32,773 bases of DNA from an uncultured Solibacteraceae bacterium (GTDB lineage Bacteria; Acidobacteriota; Vicinamibacteria; Vicinamibacterales; SCN-69-37), in NCBI GenBank assembly GCA_964559545.1, contig CAZLJG010000001.1:1-32773 (forward strand). Reading direction: 5' to 3'. Positions 30,792 through 32,773 of the stretch are shown piece by piece; position 1 is the first letter of the stretch, and each line of letters begins with the position of its first letter. The notes under the pieces were generated by a model. It was not told the origin of the DNA and did no database searches. It saw only the letters and a program-made list of their open reading frames with translations. Made by a program: the position numbers and the translations under genes.

Positions 30792-31895
30792 CTACACGTT
30801 GAACTTGAAGAGCAGCACGTCACCGTCCTTGACGACGTACTCCTTGCCTTCCATGCGGTAAAGCCCTTTTTCCCGCGCGGCCGCCACCGACCCGCACGCG
30901 ACGAGGGCATCATAGGCCACTGTCTCAGCTTTGATGAATCCGCGTTCAAAATCCGAGTGGATGACGCCCGCAGCCTTCGGCGCCGTGTCCCCGGCGTGAA
31001 TGGTCCAGGCGCGGACCTCCTTTTCGCCGGCGGTGAAGTACGTCCGCAGACCGAGGAGGTGGTAGGTGGCCCGGATCAGCGAGCCGAGGCCGCTCTCCGA
31101 CACGCCCAGTTCCTTCAGGAACGCCTGCGCCTCGTCGGGCTCGAGGTCCACGAGGTCGCTTTCAATCTGCGCGCTGATCACGACCGCTTCACACGCCAGG
31201 TGCGCCTTCACGTACTCGCGTACCTTCAGCACGTGCGGGTTCGCGTCTGCGGTCGCCAGATCACCTTCCTTCACGTTGCACGCAAAGATCGTCGGCTTGT
31301 TGCTCAGCAGGAACAGCGGCTTCGCCAACTCCCGCTCCTCGTCAGTCAGGTCGGCCAGCAGCGCCGGCGTGCCCTGATCGAGCACCGGCTCAAGCTTGGC
31401 GAGCACGGCGTCTTCAGCGGCGGCTTCTTTGTCACCGCGTTTGACGTCCTTCGCCAGCCGCTCACGGCGCTTCTTCACGGAGTCCAGGTCCGCGAGAATC
31501 AGCTCGGTGTTGATGACCTCGATGTCCCGCACCGGATCGACCGTGGACGAGACGTGATGCACGTCCTCGTCCTCGAAGCACCGGACGACCTGAACGATCG
31601 CATCCACTTCGCGGATGTGGGTCAGGAACTTGTTGCCAAGGCCTTCTCCGGTGCTCGCGCCCTTCACCAGGCCGGCGATATCCACAAACTCGATCGCCGC
31701 GGGAATGACGACGTTCGTCTTCGCGATGGCCTGCAGAGCCTGCAACCGCGCGTCGGGCACCGTGACGATGCCGACGTTGGGGTCGATGGTGCAGAAGGGA
31801 TAGTTGGCGGCCTCGGCTTTCCGAGTGCGCGTGACCGCGTTGAACAACGTGGACTTGCCCACATTGGGCAGCCCGACAATTCCAGCTCTTAACAC
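30792..31895 (-). CDS. ychF: redox-regulated ribosome-binding ATPase YchF
   Basis: 367 aa with a GTG start. [22 protein letters not shown] (P-loop)...[13 protein letters not shown]...[20 protein letters not shown]...[13 protein letters not shown]...GFIKAE (C-terminal TGS-like domain). Confidence 0.95.
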   Translation of the reverse strand: MLRAGIVGLPNVGKSTLFNAVTRTRKAEAANYPFCTIDPNVGIVTVPDARLQALQAIAKTNVVIPAAIEFVDIAGLVKGASTGEGLGNKFLTHIREVDAIVQVVRCFEDEDVHHVSSTVDPVRDIEVINTELILADLDSVKKRRERLAKDVKRGDKEAAAEDAVLAKLEPVLDQGTPALLADLTDEERELAKPLFLLSNKPTIFACNVKEGDLATADANPHVLKVREYVKAHLACEAVVISAQIESDLVDLEPDEAQAFLKELGVSESGLGSLIRATYHLLGLRTYFTAGEKEVRAWTIHAGDTAPKAAGVIHSDFERGFIKAETVAYDALVACGSVAAAREKGLYRMEGKEYVVKDGDVLLFKFNV

Positions 31896-31913
31896 CTATA
31901 CAGGATACCCCGT

Positions 31914-32773
31914 CTACCAGGGCGTGGGCTTGTAGTCCTTGAGGAACTGGCCCCAGACGTGGGTGCCGGTGTTGATGCCGTCAATGATCGGGTCCACGAT
32001 GCGCGCAGCGCCGTCGACGATGTCGAGCGGTGGGTGGAAGCGGTGATCGACCACCTTGCGCGCCGCGATTTCAGCCGGATCCTCGTCGGTGACCCAGCCG
32101 GTGTCCACGCTGTTCATGTGGATGCCATCAGCGTGGTAGTCCGCCGCGGACGTGCGCGTCATCATGTTGAGCGCGGCCTTCGCCATGTTGGTGTGCGGAT
32201 GACGGGTCGTCTTGAAGTTCCGGTAGAACTGGCCTTCAACCGCCGAGACGTTGACCACGTGTTTGTCGGCGGTCGGCACCTTGAGCATGAGCGGCTTGAG
32301 ACGCGCGTTGAGCACAAACGGCGCGACGGCGTTGACCAGCTGCACTTCCAGCAGCTCCACGGTCGGAACCTCTGCGAGGAGCAGGCGCCACGAATTGCGA
32401 TCACGCAGGTCGATCTGCTGGAGGTCCTGATCAAGTTGCCCCTGCGGGAAGAGCGCCTTCTGAGCCTGCAACTCTTCGGGGAGCAGCGCGACCTGCGACA
32501 ACTCGGCCGCATGTGTGAGCCCAGCGACTTCCGAGAGCCGTGAGGCCAACGCATCCGGCGTCGCGCCAGCGACCATGGCCGCTTCGGATTCCGGCAGCAG
32601 ATGGTATCCGCGAAGCCCCTCGTACGAGCCAACCAACTTGCGGACGTGCTCGGGCATCGAGTGAATCGACGCCGTCTCACCCTCCATCATGTGCGCGTAG
32701 AAGTCCGGCGGACGTCGTACAGTCTGGCACGCGTTGTTGATGATGAAGTCCAGGCGCTCGCGGGTCGCGAGCA
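31914..32773 (-). CDS. SDR-family oxidoreductase, C-terminal ~286 aa; N-terminus lies beyond the window end
   Basis: Track ORF 31914..32690 begins at an internal Met. My translation upstream stays open to the window edge: LATRERLDFIINNACQTVRRPPDFYAHMMEGE (NNAx SDR motif). Downstream it reads VNVSAVEGQFYRNFK...NMAKAALNMMTRT...GIHMNSVDTGWV. Confidence 0.7.
   Translation of the reverse strand, partial: LATRERLDFIINNACQTVRRPPDFYAHMMEGETASIHSMPEHVRKLVGSYEGLRGYHLLPESEAAMVAGATPDALASRLSEVAGLTHAAELSQVALLPEELQAQKALFPQGQLDQDLQQIDLRDRNSWRLLLAEVPTVELLEVQLVNAVAPFVLNARLKPLMLKVPTADKHVVNVSAVEGQFYRNFKTTRHPHTNMAKAALNMMTRTSAADYHADGIHMNSVDTGWVTDEDPAEIAARKVVDHRFHPPLDIVDGAARIVDPIIDGINTGTHVWGQFLKDYKPTPW

Noticed and set aside
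30624-31892. 422-aa plus-strand ORF opposite ychF and the cupin gene
   Set aside because: It is antisense to an unambiguous YchF (P-loop and TGS blocks). Its composition is Arg/Val/Asp-biased with no motifs. GC-driven open frame.

Overview
High-GC (by eye about two-thirds G+C, not computed), very tightly packed chromosomal segment. It is most consistent with an Acidobacteriota genome: it carries a VWFA protein of the acidobacterial TIGR03436 type, several carboxypeptidase-regulatory-like proteins and TonB-dependent proteins. I can support 27 protein-coding genes, two of them truncated by the window edges. Recognisable housekeeping genes are ino1 (partial), polA, pcnB, serC and ychF. The remainder is mostly envelope or exported functions: a TonB-family protein, two TonB-dependent receptors, VWA, ZIP transporter, M23 and M28 peptidases, amidohydrolase, alpha/beta hydrolase, DUF1028, DUF1015 and DUF985 cupin. 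The largest non-coding gap is 115 bp. I see no rRNA, tRNA, CRISPR array, transposase, integrase, phage gene or recognisable defence gene, so this looks like core chromosome rather than an accessory island. The ORF track takes the longest ATG/GTG/TTG ORF, so I trimmed several N-terminal extensions that ran into neighbouring genes. It also omits the two edge-truncated genes. I do not find a clear-cut novel system. The observations most worth follow-up are these. (1) A nearly identical 23-24 bp bidirectional promoter-like cassette lies between two unrelated divergent gene pairs, and -10-like hexamers sit 6-8 nt before the start codons of most operon-first genes, which points to leaderless mRNAs. 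(2) A divergent locus holds a TonB-dependent receptor, an exported amidohydrolase, and an orphan 550-aa exported protein with a TonB_C-like core flanked by a duplicated Cys-bounded 95-aa domain. (3) A seven-gene co-directional envelope cluster runs from the TonB-like gene to two tandem carboxypeptidase-regulatory-like paralogues. (4) Two compositional patterns recur in exported proteins: Ala-Gln at predicted signal-peptide cleavage sites, and RGG-type low-complexity tracts. All functional calls come from reading motifs in the translations by eye. No database search was run.
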